Source: an uncultured delta proteobacterium (GTDB lineage Bacteria; Desulfobacterota; RBG-13-43-22). From it: DNA of 64,000 bases. The notes beneath the pieces are model-generated. The model searched no databases. It was not told the DNA's origin and saw only the letters and a list, made by a program, of their open reading frames with translations. The stretch spans positions 256,001-320,000 of the forward strand of contig CAVQFQ010000017.1 in assembly GCA_963711835.1 (NCBI GenBank). Reading direction: 5' to 3'. The translations under genes were made by a program, and so were the position numbers. This document shows, in pieces, positions 43,694 to 54,488 of this stretch; within the stretch, counting starts at the first letter, position 1; the number at the start of each line of letters is the position of its first letter.

Positions 43694-44530
43694 TTATTCC
43701 AGTACCACAGGAATGCCCTCTACGCCAATCACGACTTCAGTGACTCCCGGGACCTTCTGGGCGACCTCGAACAAGGTGTTTTTGATTCTATGTCTTCCCC
43801 CGGGGAAAATCCCCCCGGTCTCAAAACGTCCGTTTATTGTTAGGCTTCCTCCTTCAGCCGAAACCTCCAATTCCAACCCTTTGGTTAGATCATTGGTGGC
43901 CAAAGCCGCCTTCACCTGGCTGGCCAGGAGAAAATCCGCGACCCTGGCTTGAGAGGCAGGGGATTCCTTAAAGGCAGCCTGATTTAAAACACAAACAATG
44001 ATTTCGCAGGCAGTTTCAATAGGGATGGCATCCAGATTGATTACCAGATCGTACAGCGAAGGATCCCGCCAATCGACATTGTACAAAAATCGTGTCCATT
44101 TGATCCTGCTTTCATCCATTTTTTCAATTCTTTTTGTAGCTTCCTCAAAGGACATCTTTTGGTTTTCAGCCAGTTTCTGTGCCCGACGTGCTAAGGGAGC
44201 GATCACCCGGACTTTTAAAACTTGAGGGACTCCTTTCAATAATAGATGCCCGGCATGGCCGTAATAAACAAAGGGTCCTTGATCCGCTTTCTCAGCCAAG
44301 GCCAGTTGAATAGCCGCCAGAAAAAGGCCGCGCTCTGGAGAAGGACCGGGGATCAAGCCTTTGGATTTCTCCAGTTGCTGGAGAAGGAGCGCTTGGGATA
44401 TTCCAAAACGTCCGGCCGCGTCCTGAAGGATCTCCTGGCTGACCGCTGGGACCCCTAATTTTTCTGAAAGGCACTTAGCCAGAGCTTCCCCTCCGCTCAT
44501 CGTCCCTCTGGAAATCGTTATGATGGCCAT
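43694..44530 (-). CDS. Cytidylate-kinase-like protein with C-terminal BON-like domain
   Basis: IITISRGTMSGG, GHAGH, YDLVIN. Confidence 0.82.
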   Translation of the reverse strand: MAIITISRGTMSGGEALAKCLSEKLGVPAVSQEILQDAAGRFGISQALLLQQLEKSKGLIPGPSPERGLFLAAIQLALAEKADQGPFVYYGHAGHLLLKGVPQVLKVRVIAPLARRAQKLAENQKMSFEEATKRIEKMDESRIKWTRFLYNVDWRDPSLYDLVINLDAIPIETACEIIVCVLNQAAFKESPASQARVADFLLASQVKAALATNDLTKGLELEVSAEGGSLTINGRFETGGIFPGGRHRIKNTLFEVAQKVPGVTEVVIGVEGIPVVLE

Positions 44531-44592
44531 TTTATCTCCTTAGTCATTCTTCCTGGCTGGCAGTTCTTCGAACTTTTTTTCGAAAAGGGTGT

Positions 44593-44967
44593 TCAACTGG
44601 AAAGTCCTATGGCTTTTACCACTAAATCCCGCAGTTGGGAAAGTTTGAAAGGTTTGGCGATAAAATCATAGGCCCCTATTTTCAAGGCCTCTTTGGCCTT
44701 TTCCACTGTAGCAAAACCGGTAATGATAATTACCTGGGTTTCCGGGGAAACCTGCTTGACTCGTTTCAAGATCTCGATGCCGTCCAGTTCCTTCATCTTG
44801 AGGTCGGTGATTAAAACCTGGAATTTTTTTTCGGAAACCCGTTTGATGGCTTCCAGGGGATCGGTAAAGGTTTCGAGATCCAAGTGTACCTTCTCCAGAG
44901 TCGAACGCAAGCGTTCACAAACGATGGGTTCGTCATCCAAAATCATAACGCTGGGGATTTTATCCAT
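44593..44967 (-). CDS. Single-domain response regulator
   Basis: DDEP..TDLKM..TG..KPF. Confidence 0.9.
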   Translation of the reverse strand: MDKIPSVMILDDEPIVCERLRSTLEKVHLDLETFTDPLEAIKRVSEKKFQVLITDLKMKELDGIEILKRVKQVSPETQVIIITGFATVEKAKEALKIGAYDFIAKPFKLSQLRDLVVKAIGLSS

Positions 44968-45001
44968 AGGGCCTCCGGTTCCGGGGGAATGCCGGTTCGG
45001 G

Positions 45002-45373
45002 TTACTTGAATTTTTTGGCGGCCTTGTTCACCAGTTTAACGATATGCTCCAGCTTAAAGGGTTTGGTAACAAATTGGGCATTCAAGTACTCGGCCTCCCG
45101 GGCGCTTTCAATCGTCGCATAGCCGGTGATGACAATGGCTTCGGTATCCCGTTTCCGATCCTTCAGGTACCGCAGGACATCTATGCCGCTGGGTCCGCTC
45201 ATTTTCAGGTCGGTAACCAGGACCTGGAAATTTTTTTCCTCCAGCCGGTTTAAGGCCAGCCGGCTGTCGGTAAAAACTTCCACCTGGAAGCCTTCTTTTT
45301 CCAGGACCGGCTGTAGCCGCTCCCCCACAATGGGTTCATCATCCAGGACCATTACCGCAACATCTTTTTTCAT
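45002..45373 (-). CDS. Single-domain response regulator
   Basis: DDEP..TDLKM..TG..KPF. Confidence 0.9.
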   Translation of the reverse strand: MKKDVAVMVLDDEPIVGERLQPVLEKEGFQVEVFTDSRLALNRLEEKNFQVLVTDLKMSGPSGIDVLRYLKDRKRDTEAIVITGYATIESAREAEYLNAQFVTKPFKLEHIVKLVNKAAKKFK

Positions 45374-45429
45374 TGGAACCTCCTTCCGGTTTCCGCTTCG
45401 GGATTATCCCTCATCTAACCTTTTCTGAT

Positions 45430-47988
45430 TTAAGAGGAAAGGGGATGGGCTGCCTGCTCCTCCTCAAAAAACTGGTTGGTAAAAAAATTGATGTCCCGGT
45501 CCGTCCGCAAAAGGACATCCAATTGCCGGGTATAGCCTATTAACTGTCCGATCAAACGAAACTTGTTTTCCATGTTCGGGCGGTCGATCTTTTTAATCCG
45601 TCCAATGATCAAATCGCCTTTGCTCTCCACGGCAAAATCGTTTTTTTCCAAAATCTGGGCCAACACTTTCACTCGGCGGCTGCGCCGGGTGAATTCGGTG
45701 ACGCCCCCGAAGAATCGGAAATAGAGGTAGTTGCTGTTTCGATCATCGGAAAGGTTGCCGTCCACCAGGTTGAAGTGATACCCCAGACCTAAATTCAGGT
45801 TGATATATTCCTTGGAGACGATGGCTAAATTCACATTCGATCGATCCGTGGCCAGGGCCTGGGTGGAAAGATTGCTGGTAAAGCTGGACATGAAGCCCTT
45901 CAGGTCCAGATCAACCGGCTGGGATTGCCAGACACCAGGCGCGGTCAAGGCTTTCAACAGGATCAGCAGGGGCTCACAGGAAACCGCTTCCAGGTCTATC
46001 TCGGAGGCGGAAACCCCTTTTTTAATTCCGCCACCAATATCGACCACGGTTAAATTCAAGGGGATAGGAAGCTTAAGCTTGGCCAGGGAATGAAGAACAT
46101 TCATCTGGGCGGGCTGAATTCCCTGGGCAATTTTTCTGACCGCCATTTCATGGGCGAAGCGAATGATGTCGTGGAAGGTTTTACAATGCGCCGGATCGAA
46201 TTCATTAGACTGCGGATCGGTTAGATGGAGAGCAGACAGCTTTTTTAATAGCCTTCGTAGCAATTTAAATTCAAAGGTCTCTTCATAAGGCCTATTTTCG
46301 AACAGTTGGGCGGTCAAAAGTTCTTTAACAATCCCCCGATAAACGACATTTTCTTCTGCATCCACAGTCACTTCCATACCGGGCCACAAGGTCCGGGTGG
46401 CCTTTTGGGTATCGACTATGGTAGGGATCCGGAATTCTCTACAGATGGTGGCCATATGGCCGGTAACGGCCCCGATGTCCGTTACCACCGCACTGGCCAA
46501 GGGGACAATCTTGGCCATCCGGGGTGAGGTGTGTTTTAAAACCAGCACGCCCCCACGGGGAAAACCCTGACTCTCTTCCTCGGATTGGACTTGGAAAACG
46601 ATCCCGGCCCCGATACCACGACTGGCGATCACTCCGGCATCCTTTAAGAGGATCGGATACTGCTGGGCCGCCGACACCAGCCGGCTTTTGTCGGGCCGGA
46701 CCTGCACCGGGATTTGAAGCGGTCGGGCCTGGAGGTAGATGATCCGGCCGTCCCGGTCAATAGACCATTCAATATCCTGAAAGGACTTCATATACTGCTC
46801 CAGGCGAAGGGCCCCGTCTATCAGCCTGCGGAGCAAGGGTTCATCCAGGCAAGCCCGTTCCTGCTGTTCTTCGGGAACGGGCACTAAGGAAACCCCCGAC
46901 CCGGCAGTCGCTACGTATTGGTTCGTTTTTTTTCCGACATGACGCCCCGAGATGGGATAGGGAGGGGTCTTGGCCACCCGGTACTGATCCGTCTCCCCTT
47001 CCCCGTCCACCACTAATTTGCCCAGACCCCAACAGGCCGACAGGATCATCTCCTCTCCCTCCGGGCAGGTCGGATCCACGGTATAGGTAACCCCGCTGAC
47101 CAGTGGTGAGATCATGGACGTACAGCCTACGGCCATGGCCATCTCTTTTTGTTCGATCCTTTTTTCCTGGCGATAGGCAATGACCTGAGGAGAAAACAGA
47201 CTGGCCACTACCTGCTTATATCCCCAGGCTATTTGGGAGGACGGGACGTTCAACACGGTGACATACTGCCCGGCGTAGCTTATTTGGCCGTCTTCCCCCA
47301 GGGCACTGCTGCGGATGGCCCACCCCCCGGGTGGTCTGTTTTTTTCGCGGGGCAAGACCTTATCTATGGCCTTTTCCACCTCCGGAGGGATTTTGGCGGC
47401 CCCGATGCGTTGCCGCAGTTCTTTCGCTTTTTCCTCCACCTCCCCCGGCAGGAGCTGAGCTTCGCTCAAAGGGACCACCCACTTCTCCAGCTGGTTGTAC
47501 TCAATGAACCTTTTAAAAGCGTAGGTGGAAATAACAAAACCCTCGGGGATCTCCAGCCCCAGACGGCTCCGCAGTTCCCCCAGGGTGGCCATTTTTTCTC
47601 CGACGTAATCGGACATTTCCTTGGTCAGCTCCCCCAAGGGATAGACCCATTCCCCTTTAGGGATCGTGAACCGGGACTCCAGCTCTTCCTGGATTTCTTT
47701 TTTGGCCTTTTCCAAGGCATCAAAAAGGTCCCAATATCTTTTTTGGGTGATTAAATTTAGGTCGTAGACGATTTTATAAACCACATCCTCCAGGTTGGCG
47801 ATGGTGTTTTCGACATACTGTTTGTCGAAGAGATAGTCGCCTCCCAGTTTTTCCCCCATATCCGCCATTAAATCCAGGGCCTGGTTGTTGTAATCCAACA
47901 GTTCCCTGAAGGTTTGGAACAGGGAGGGAAGGTTTAAGGCCTCCTCCTTTTTTTTCCACCGGAATAAATGGGTTAGCGGATTGGGCAT
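45430..47988 (-). CDS. PEP-synthase-like (pyruvate,water dikinase-like) protein with atypical C-terminus
   Basis: VGEK, AIRSSALGED..SYAG, QDIEW..LQARP, TDIGAVTGHMA; no TIM-barrel motifs seen. Confidence 0.88.
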   Translation of the reverse strand: MPNPLTHLFRWKKKEEALNLPSLFQTFRELLDYNNQALDLMADMGEKLGGDYLFDKQYVENTIANLEDVVYKIVYDLNLITQKRYWDLFDALEKAKKEIQEELESRFTIPKGEWVYPLGELTKEMSDYVGEKMATLGELRSRLGLEIPEGFVISTYAFKRFIEYNQLEKWVVPLSEAQLLPGEVEEKAKELRQRIGAAKIPPEVEKAIDKVLPREKNRPPGGWAIRSSALGEDGQISYAGQYVTVLNVPSSQIAWGYKQVVASLFSPQVIAYRQEKRIEQKEMAMAVGCTSMISPLVSGVTYTVDPTCPEGEEMILSACWGLGKLVVDGEGETDQYRVAKTPPYPISGRHVGKKTNQYVATAGSGVSLVPVPEEQQERACLDEPLLRRLIDGALRLEQYMKSFQDIEWSIDRDGRIIYLQARPLQIPVQVRPDKSRLVSAAQQYPILLKDAGVIASRGIGAGIVFQVQSEEESQGFPRGGVLVLKHTSPRMAKIVPLASAVVTDIGAVTGHMATICREFRIPTIVDTQKATRTLWPGMEVTVDAEENVVYRGIVKELLTAQLFENRPYEETFEFKLLRRLLKKLSALHLTDPQSNEFDPAHCKTFHDIIRFAHEMAVRKIAQGIQPAQMNVLHSLAKLKLPIPLNLTVVDIGGGIKKGVSASEIDLEAVSCEPLLILLKALTAPGVWQSQPVDLDLKGFMSSFTSNLSTQALATDRSNVNLAIVSKEYINLNLGLGYHFNLVDGNLSDDRNSNYLYFRFFGGVTEFTRRSRRVKVLAQILEKNDFAVESKGDLIIGRIKKIDRPNMENKFRLIGQLIGYTRQLDVLLRTDRDINFFTNQFFEEEQAAHPLSS

Positions 47989-48764
47989 GGCGGTCCGGAT
48001 TTTTCGTAATGGGCCCCCTTAGAACTAAAAACGATCCCGATGACCAGTCCGCTCAGGGTGGCAATGATCACGGCCAGGATACCATACCATAATCCCCGGC
48101 GGGCGGCTAAGTTTGATACCAGCGCGGGGAATCCCGCTAGTTTCACTTCAATGGTGCTGGAATGGATCAGCCTGCCGGCCCCGTCCTTAAAGGCGATCAT
48201 TTCCAGCGCGTAGGTCCCCGGGGCAATCTTGGCCGGCAGGTTTAAAACAGCATCGACCTGATCCCAGGCCCCACGCTCTATGGGCTTCAACTGAACGGCA
48301 TCTTCATGGATATGGTAGAGCTGGTCCTCCTCTTTCAGTTTGACCAATTCCCGGAGCAGCCGGGCTTCTTCCTTCGGGTTCTTCTGCGTCAGTGCCCCGG
48401 CCAGCAAGGAAGAATAATCCATTGCCCAAGCCTGGAGACACGCCCCCGTCCCCAGGGAAGACAACTTTCCCGAGGTCCAGAGCAGGTAGACGTTCGGTAT
48501 GTCTTGAAAGGTAATCTGGCCCACATTCATCCATAATCCCCCCACCCGGCCTTTTTTCATCAGAACTAAATGGCCCCGGGGACCCAGGATTCGCAGGGCC
48601 ACCTGATCCCCGGAAGGCACCACCCCCCGGACGGTCACCTGACCTCCGGAAAAAAAGCTCCCGATCCGGATGGTTTTGGGCTGCACCTCATCGATACTTG
48701 GCGGTGAAGTCCGGCCATATCCCCCGGAAACGAAAAAGGCACTGCTGAAAAGCAGCAGGGACAT
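47973..48764 (-). CDS. TIGR02186-like membrane-anchored protein
   Basis: IGSFFSG, KKGRVGGLWMN, C-terminal TM LWYGILAV; adjacent to tauE. Confidence 0.78.
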   Translation of the reverse strand: MSLLLFSSAFFVSGGYGRTSPPSIDEVQPKTIRIGSFFSGGQVTVRGVVPSGDQVALRILGPRGHLVLMKKGRVGGLWMNVGQITFQDIPNVYLLWTSGKLSSLGTGACLQAWAMDYSSLLAGALTQKNPKEEARLLRELVKLKEEDQLYHIHEDAVQLKPIERGAWDQVDAVLNLPAKIAPGTYALEMIAFKDGAGRLIHSSTIEVKLAGFPALVSNLAARRGLWYGILAVIIATLSGLVIGIVFSSKGAHYEKSGPPCPIR

Positions 48765-48803
48765 GGCGCATGGATCAAGGTCTTTCGCTGTCGATCGATC
48801 TCA

Positions 48804-49741
48804 TTAGGAGTGGCCTCCCTTATACGATAATAGGATATGGGGGTTCAGGGCAAGCCCTAATAACATCTGAACCATGACCACGATGATGATGACCGCCAGA
48901 AGGATTTTTATCTGATCGCCTTTCAATCGTTTGCTGATTCGCGCCCCGATCTGAGCCCCGCAGGAAGACCCGATCAGCAGGATGAGGGCCAGGATAAAGT
49001 CCACGGTATGATTAACATGGGCCTGCATGATGGTCACATTGACGCAGGTGAAAAAGATCTGAAAGAGGCTGGTCCCCACGACCACGTGCATGGGCATGCG
49101 GAGTAAATAGACCATAATAGGGACCATGACAAAACCACCGCCAACGCCCATAATGGCGGCCAGGATTCCTACTAAACCGCCCAAAAGGAGAGGAACGATA
49201 AATGAAATCTGAATCCCGGACTTGGCGAAATGGACCTTGAAGGGCAGTCCGGTAACCAAGCGGGCATATAAGGAAGGTTTTTTGGGGGATGGAGGGAAGG
49301 TTCTTCAACCGGAGGAGTCTTTTTAAGGCTTTGAAGACTTTCGACAAACATGTAGCCGCCGATGATCCCCAACATGGCCACGTAAGTAATTTTGATCACA
49401 AAATCGGCGTTTCCCATGGCCCGCAGCATGCGGACCAGGTAGACCCCGAGACTTCCGCCCAGCACCCCGCCCACCAGAAGAACCACGCCCATTTTGAAGT
49501 CCACATTGCCCAGGCGGTAATGGGCATAGGTCCCGGAAGCCGAAGCCGCGACGATCTGGTTGGAGTCGCTGGCAGCGGCCACCGTGGGGGGGATGCCGAA
49601 CATAATCAGCAGCGGGGTGAGCAGGAAACCTCCTCCCACTCCGAAAAGACCGGAGAGAAAGCCCACCAATCCCCCCAGGCCCAAAAGGAGAAGGATATTG
49701 ATGCTATTGGCGGCTATCGGCAGATAGATGGACAAATTCAT
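48804..49741 (-). pseudogene. TauE/SafE-family permease split by a frameshift at ~49280
   Basis: GLFGVGGGF and MGVGGGF halves lie in different frames and join across a C5A6 run; likely intact. Confidence 0.75.
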
Positions 49742-49744
49742 GCC

Positions 49745-51301
49745 TTATCGCTCCTTGAATTTGGGAATAAAAACAGAAAAAGACGATCCCTGGTTGATTT
49801 GACTATCAATCAAAAACTTCCCGCCATGTTTTTTGACGATGGTGTAACTGGTAGAAAGTCCGAGGCCGGTCCCCTTTTCTTTGGTGGTAAAAAAAGGATC
49901 GAATATTTGGTTTATGACCGACTGGGGGATACCAACCCCGGTATCCTTCACCGCTATCTGGATAAAGTCGGGGTCCTCGGTTTTTACTTGGATGCCCAGG
50001 TTTCCTCCCTGGGGCATGGACTGAATGGCATTGATCACCAGGTTTAGAAAAACCTGTTGCAGTTGGCTGAAGTCTCCTTTAACTTTGGCCTCCGGTGACG
50101 CGGGTGAATAATCCAAAGTGATATTATTCAACTCCATTTCATTCCGGGCCAGGTTAAGAGTAGAGCTTAACAGTTCCGGGACAACAACCGGGACGAAAGC
50201 CGGTTGACCCATACGGGTAAAGTCCAAGAGGTTGCGGACGGTCCCGCTGGCCCGCTCGGCCTGGGTATAGATATCCTGAAGGCGCTTTCTTTTTTCCGCC
50301 TCGGAGATCGTATTTAAATCATCGATCAGGGATTCGGTGGTAATACAAATATTATTCAAGGGATTGTTCAATTCATGGGCTATCCCGGAGGTCAGGGTTC
50401 CAATGGAAGCCATTTTCCGGGATTGAATATATTGCTCCTGGTTTTTTTGGAGTTGATCCATCATCCAGTTGATGCCCAGGGCCAAGCGGGAAAATTCATC
50501 TTTGTACTTTTTGGCTGGTTTGATGGGCGTAAAATCGCCTTGGCCAATTTTTAGGGTATAGTCAACAAAGCGATTTAACGGACGGACGATCTGCTGCGCC
50601 AAAAAATGGGTTAGGTAGACCATAACGACCAGCAGAATAGCCAGGAAAATCAAGGGAACCTGGCGAGATAATCGGGTCAAGCCCTCTACTTCTTTTCGCT
50701 CTTTTTCCACCAAATTGGCGGCCAGGAAGATCATTTCCGACCCGTGCTGCCTGAGTTCCCCTTCGATTCTGGTCGAAGCCACTGGTTTTTCGCTTAACCC
50801 GGACGGATTTACCCTGAGGCTGGTTAATAAGTTTTCATAACGATTAAGATGGGCCGCCATCAAATGCAGTTTTTCCGGACCGATCACTTCGGTAATATTC
50901 CGACTTTCTTTTTTAAGGATCTCCCGGGCGTTTTGAATGTTTTCCAGCGCGTCCGGGAGATTGGTCCGGTAAAGAAAAAAGTTTTTTTCAAACCGGCGCG
51001 CCTGCTGGATCTCGAAGGTGTAGGAGTTGACGGTTTCCATGACTTTCAATTTTTGATTGATCCGGGAGCCCATGATGAGAAAGGTAATGCTGGCCCCGGC
51101 ACACAAAAAAAACAGCAGGACAAACCCCAGAATGATCTTGGCCCGGATGCTCATCGTGGGCCGGGCCGTAAGGTCCTTCTGGGCTTCGGCAAAACACGCC
51201 TCATCCGGCATCGGGGAAACGGGCATCCCTTTCAGAAAGGCCCCTTTTTTTTCCAGAGGGCCATTCGGATTATTATTCATTTTGGGGGCCGTCCAGGTCA
51301 T
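49745..51301 (-). CDS. Membrane HAMP histidine kinase
   Basis: Two TMs, AHELNNP, N/G/F boxes; start uncertain. Confidence 0.92.
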   Translation of the reverse strand: MTWTAPKMNNNPNGPLEKKGAFLKGMPVSPMPDEACFAEAQKDLTARPTMSIRAKIILGFVLLFFLCAGASITFLIMGSRINQKLKVMETVNSYTFEIQQARRFEKNFFLYRTNLPDALENIQNAREILKKESRNITEVIGPEKLHLMAAHLNRYENLLTSLRVNPSGLSEKPVASTRIEGELRQHGSEMIFLAANLVEKERKEVEGLTRLSRQVPLIFLAILLVVMVYLTHFLAQQIVRPLNRFVDYTLKIGQGDFTPIKPAKKYKDEFSRLALGINWMMDQLQKNQEQYIQSRKMASIGTLTSGIAHELNNPLNNICITTESLIDDLNTISEAEKRKRLQDIYTQAERASGTVRNLLDFTRMGQPAFVPVVVPELLSSTLNLARNEMELNNITLDYSPASPEAKVKGDFSQLQQVFLNLVINAIQSMPQGGNLGIQVKTEDPDFIQIAVKDTGVGIPQSVINQIFDPFFTTKEKGTGLGLSTSYTIVKKHGGKFLIDSQINQGSSFSVFIPKFKER

Positions 51302-51338
51302 TATTCCGCTCCAGCCTAAGAAACACCGGTGCCCCTTT

Positions 51339-51746
51339 TTATTTGGCGGATTCGACCGCGGTCAGGCCCTTAAAGCCCAGCGCAGCGGCGGCCCGGACGA
51401 TGACTTCTCGCAGGTCGTTGGGTTTAAAGGGTTTGGCAATAAAATCAAAGGCCCCTTTACCCAAGGCCTCCCTGGCTACCTCCACGGTGGCATAGCCGGT
51501 AATCATGATGACTTTGGTATGGTCGGATTTGGCCTTGACCTTTTCCAGGATCTCGATGCCGTCGATATCCTCCATCCGGATATCGGTCACCACAATATCA
51601 AAGGTTTTTTCCTGAATCCGCATTAAAGCCTGGTGGGGGTTTTCAAAGACCTCCACCTCCCCGCCCATTTTGGCCAAGGCCGGTCCTAACCGTTTACCCA
51701 CGATTGGTTCATCATCCAGGATGAGAATTTGTATTTTTCCTTCCAT
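51339..51746 (-). CDS. Single-domain response regulator
   Basis: DDEP..TDIRM..TG..KPF. Confidence 0.9.
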   Translation of the reverse strand: MEGKIQILILDDEPIVGKRLGPALAKMGGEVEVFENPHQALMRIQEKTFDIVVTDIRMEDIDGIEILEKVKAKSDHTKVIMITGYATVEVAREALGKGAFDFIAKPFKPNDLREVIVRAAAALGFKGLTAVESAK

Positions 51747-51825
51747 GGTTCTCCCTCCTTAGCGGAGACATCACGATTTTCTTCTGTTCTCCTTAAACGT
51801 TACCAAAAGGCCGCTATTGAATCCG

Positions 51826-52914
51826 TTAAGAGGCCGTTCTACTATAAGCCAGGGTCAGGTGGATTTTTTTTCGGGCTGAATAAGCCCGGAAGACCTTGAT
51901 CAGGATCATGATAACCCCCGAAATGCCGCTGATAAAAAGGACATATTTACTGGCATTATTGAACCAGGGGTCCAGTCCGGGGTCCATATTTAAAAATCCC
52001 AATTGCCGCAGATACATGGGGATGGAAATGGCCCGGCTTATGACACAGAGCAGGATAATCAGGCAGGTGACCAGCCTGATGTACTTTTCCCCGACCACCT
52101 TAACCCCGTATACTCCGAGATATACCCCGACCAGAGAACCGGACATCAGCAGCATGGTCAGACGGATATCGACAAAGCCTTCCCAGGCGTAACTCAAGGC
52201 CCCGAAAGCTCCCATGAACATGGCCAGGTATAACTCAGTACCCGCGGCCACGGCCGTGGGCACGCCAAAGACGTAGATCATGGCCGGGACGCCGACAAAG
52301 CCCCCCACCCCGATGGTGCCGGCCAGGTAACCGGTAGCCAGTCCGACGGGGAGCAACACCCACAAAGAAACCCGGACGTCGGCCGTCTTAAAAAAAATAA
52401 AGGGCGGGATATGGAGGTTGGCCAAAAACTCGACAATTTTTCTTGAGGGGCCGGCCCCTTCCTCCCCTTTTTTCATCAGATCCTTCAGCATGGAAATGGC
52501 CACGATGGTTAAAATACTGACAAAGACCAGGCTGATATATAAATTGGCCCCGGCCCCTTTGGCGGCTCCGTGCCCGTCCCCCCCTCCATGGAACAGAAGG
52601 CTGTTGATCCAGACCGCCAGGCGGATCCCCACGATGGCGGTTATCAGCAGAAAAAGGCCCAACCGTTTATCGACATTGCCCATTTCGCCGTGCTTCTTGG
52701 AACCCATCATGGCTTTGCCGAATTTATGGGTAATATTGCTGGCCACGGCCACCACCCCATTGACGCCCACGTTCATCATACCCGGGGTCATGAAAAAGGC
52801 CCCGCCGCTGCCGATGAAACCGCTCAAGACCCCCCCGATGAATCCCAGGACCACCACCTGGATAATGGTCGGCAGATCCAGGGTAATAAATAAATTGGAT
52901 AATTCTCCGGTCAT
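51826..52914 (-). CDS. TauE/SafE-family permease
   Basis: SGFIGSGG..TP, IGVGG..VP..IY, many TMs. Confidence 0.88.
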   Translation of the reverse strand: MTGELSNLFITLDLPTIIQVVVLGFIGGVLSGFIGSGGAFFMTPGMMNVGVNGVVAVASNITHKFGKAMMGSKKHGEMGNVDKRLGLFLLITAIVGIRLAVWINSLLFHGGGDGHGAAKGAGANLYISLVFVSILTIVAISMLKDLMKKGEEGAGPSRKIVEFLANLHIPPFIFFKTADVRVSLWVLLPVGLATGYLAGTIGVGGFVGVPAMIYVFGVPTAVAAGTELYLAMFMGAFGALSYAWEGFVDIRLTMLLMSGSLVGVYLGVYGVKVVGEKYIRLVTCLIILLCVISRAISIPMYLRQLGFLNMDPGLDPWFNNASKYVLFISGISGVIMILIKVFRAYSARKKIHLTLAYSRTAS

Positions 52915-52979
52915 AGCGCTGCTCCTCTTGATGGATATTTTCTTCGATTTCCTTACCTCTTAAAATAAATGGGCCTTTC

Positions 52980-54488
52980 CTAATCAAACTTGATCATCTT
53001 TAGAAACAGATGGGCGATGGTCCCATAGAAGTAAGCGAAGAGGGGTGCAAAGAGGCCTATGGCCGCCGCCGATAATAATTTCGACCCCTTATATGCCCAA
53101 AGGAAATCGAGAATCGGTTGCTGGTGGCTAAAGACACCCCAGAAGATTCCGGCAACCAGGGCAATGAAGATAAAAAATCGGATCAACTGTTTACCGCCAA
53201 ATAAATATTTTTCCTGTAATTCATCGGAGGAAATCACTGGGACCCGGATCCGTTCGCTCAGATAAACCTTTAAATCTCTAAGCATGCGGGTCTGGGCCGC
53301 TTTGGATTTAGTCAGAAAGAGATCGCCGATCACCACCAGGCTGTAATTGACATTCCGGCTGATGGCTGAAGACAAGTTCTGGAAATTTCCCTGCAAGAGA
53401 CGGCTGCCCCCGGAACGTCCCTGGCGGACCAGTTCCTCCAGGGCCTCCCCCAGACCTCCGTCTTCGACGGGGGGCGTCTCGGGCAGGTCGTCTTCAATCC
53501 CCCCGGTATATTCTTTTTTCTGGATACGCGTCGCAGGGCCGGCCGGCGTTTCTCCGGCAGGCTCCATCCCGATCTCGTCCGAGGGGATAAACCGGAGTAG
53601 TTCAATGGCCGCCCCCCAGCGCTGGGCCACCTGATTGATCTGGGCAAAATTTTGGGAACGTGGATCGAAGCGCTCCTGGATCCAGAGCACATTGCTGTCG
53701 GCCATGGTGGCCAGGACTTCTTTGACCCCCTCGAGATCGGCTAGGACTTCGGTGATGAATTGAGAACCCTGGGATTGCCGGGGCATATAGGTTACCGTGA
53801 CCACCCCGTCATTGGCCGAAATGGTAAAGTCGGCTTCGGCGGTCCGATCGTCCAGGGCCAGTTTCAGCCGGGCCCGGGCCGCCAGGCAGTAGTTGTCCAT
53901 GGCCTTTAAAGAGGCCGGGGTCGGGCGGAAATCAGGTAATTCGGCCATGGTACAGAGGGCGGAACCGGCGTTGGCCAGGCCCATGTTCTCCAGGTTGAGT
54001 ATCAGGTCGTACTGCTTGGGATCGTGGATGTCCTGGCCGTGAATCAGGTGAACCCACTTCTCAATATCTTCATTTACCTGCAGGATATATTTTTCCGCCT
54101 TGGGATGATCCAGCCGCAACTGCTGCATCTTGGTGTGGATCTCGTATTCCTGGTTGGGGACCAGATGCACCCGGAAGAGATGGGAGATATTGGGGAGCAG
54201 GAGATGCCCTCCCCGGCCATGGTAGACCAGGTTTCCCGCCCCGGCCCGTTCACAGAGGCCGGAGGTGATAAAGGCCAGAAAGCGTTCCTTCAACCGGGCC
54301 TGCCGCTCGGTCTGGGCCGGACTTTTAATGACGGACATTTCCAGTTTCCCCACCGGTATGCCCGCCGCCGTAGCCTGATCGACCAGTTCTTCGCGGCTTA
54401 AACAGGCGAAGCCCAATTTTCGGGCCAGGTCCTCGGAAACCTCCTTTCTCAGGGCCGTCGAGGTACTCGAAATAATTATGAGGGCCAT
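52980..54488 (-). CDS. Cytidylate-kinase-like protein with C-terminal membrane anchor
   Basis: LVYHGRGGH, YDLILN; degenerate P-loop; two TMs ending FLKMIKFD. Confidence 0.78.
   Translation of the reverse strand: MALIIISSTSTALRKEVSEDLARKLGFACLSREELVDQATAAGIPVGKLEMSVIKSPAQTERQARLKERFLAFITSGLCERAGAGNLVYHGRGGHLLLPNISHLFRVHLVPNQEYEIHTKMQQLRLDHPKAEKYILQVNEDIEKWVHLIHGQDIHDPKQYDLILNLENMGLANAGSALCTMAELPDFRPTPASLKAMDNYCLAARARLKLALDDRTAEADFTISANDGVVTVTYMPRQSQGSQFITEVLADLEGVKEVLATMADSNVLWIQERFDPRSQNFAQINQVAQRWGAAIELLRFIPSDEIGMEPAGETPAGPATRIQKKEYTGGIEDDLPETPPVEDGGLGEALEELVRQGRSGGSRLLQGNFQNLSSAISRNVNYSLVVIGDLFLTKSKAAQTRMLRDLKVYLSERIRVPVISSDELQEKYLFGGKQLIRFFIFIALVAGIFWGVFSHQQPILDFLWAYKGSKLLSAAAIGLFAPLFAYFYGTIAHLFLKMIKFD

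Noticed and set aside
45430-47988. Calling the gene ppsA
   Set aside because: Pyruvate-binding barrel motifs not seen
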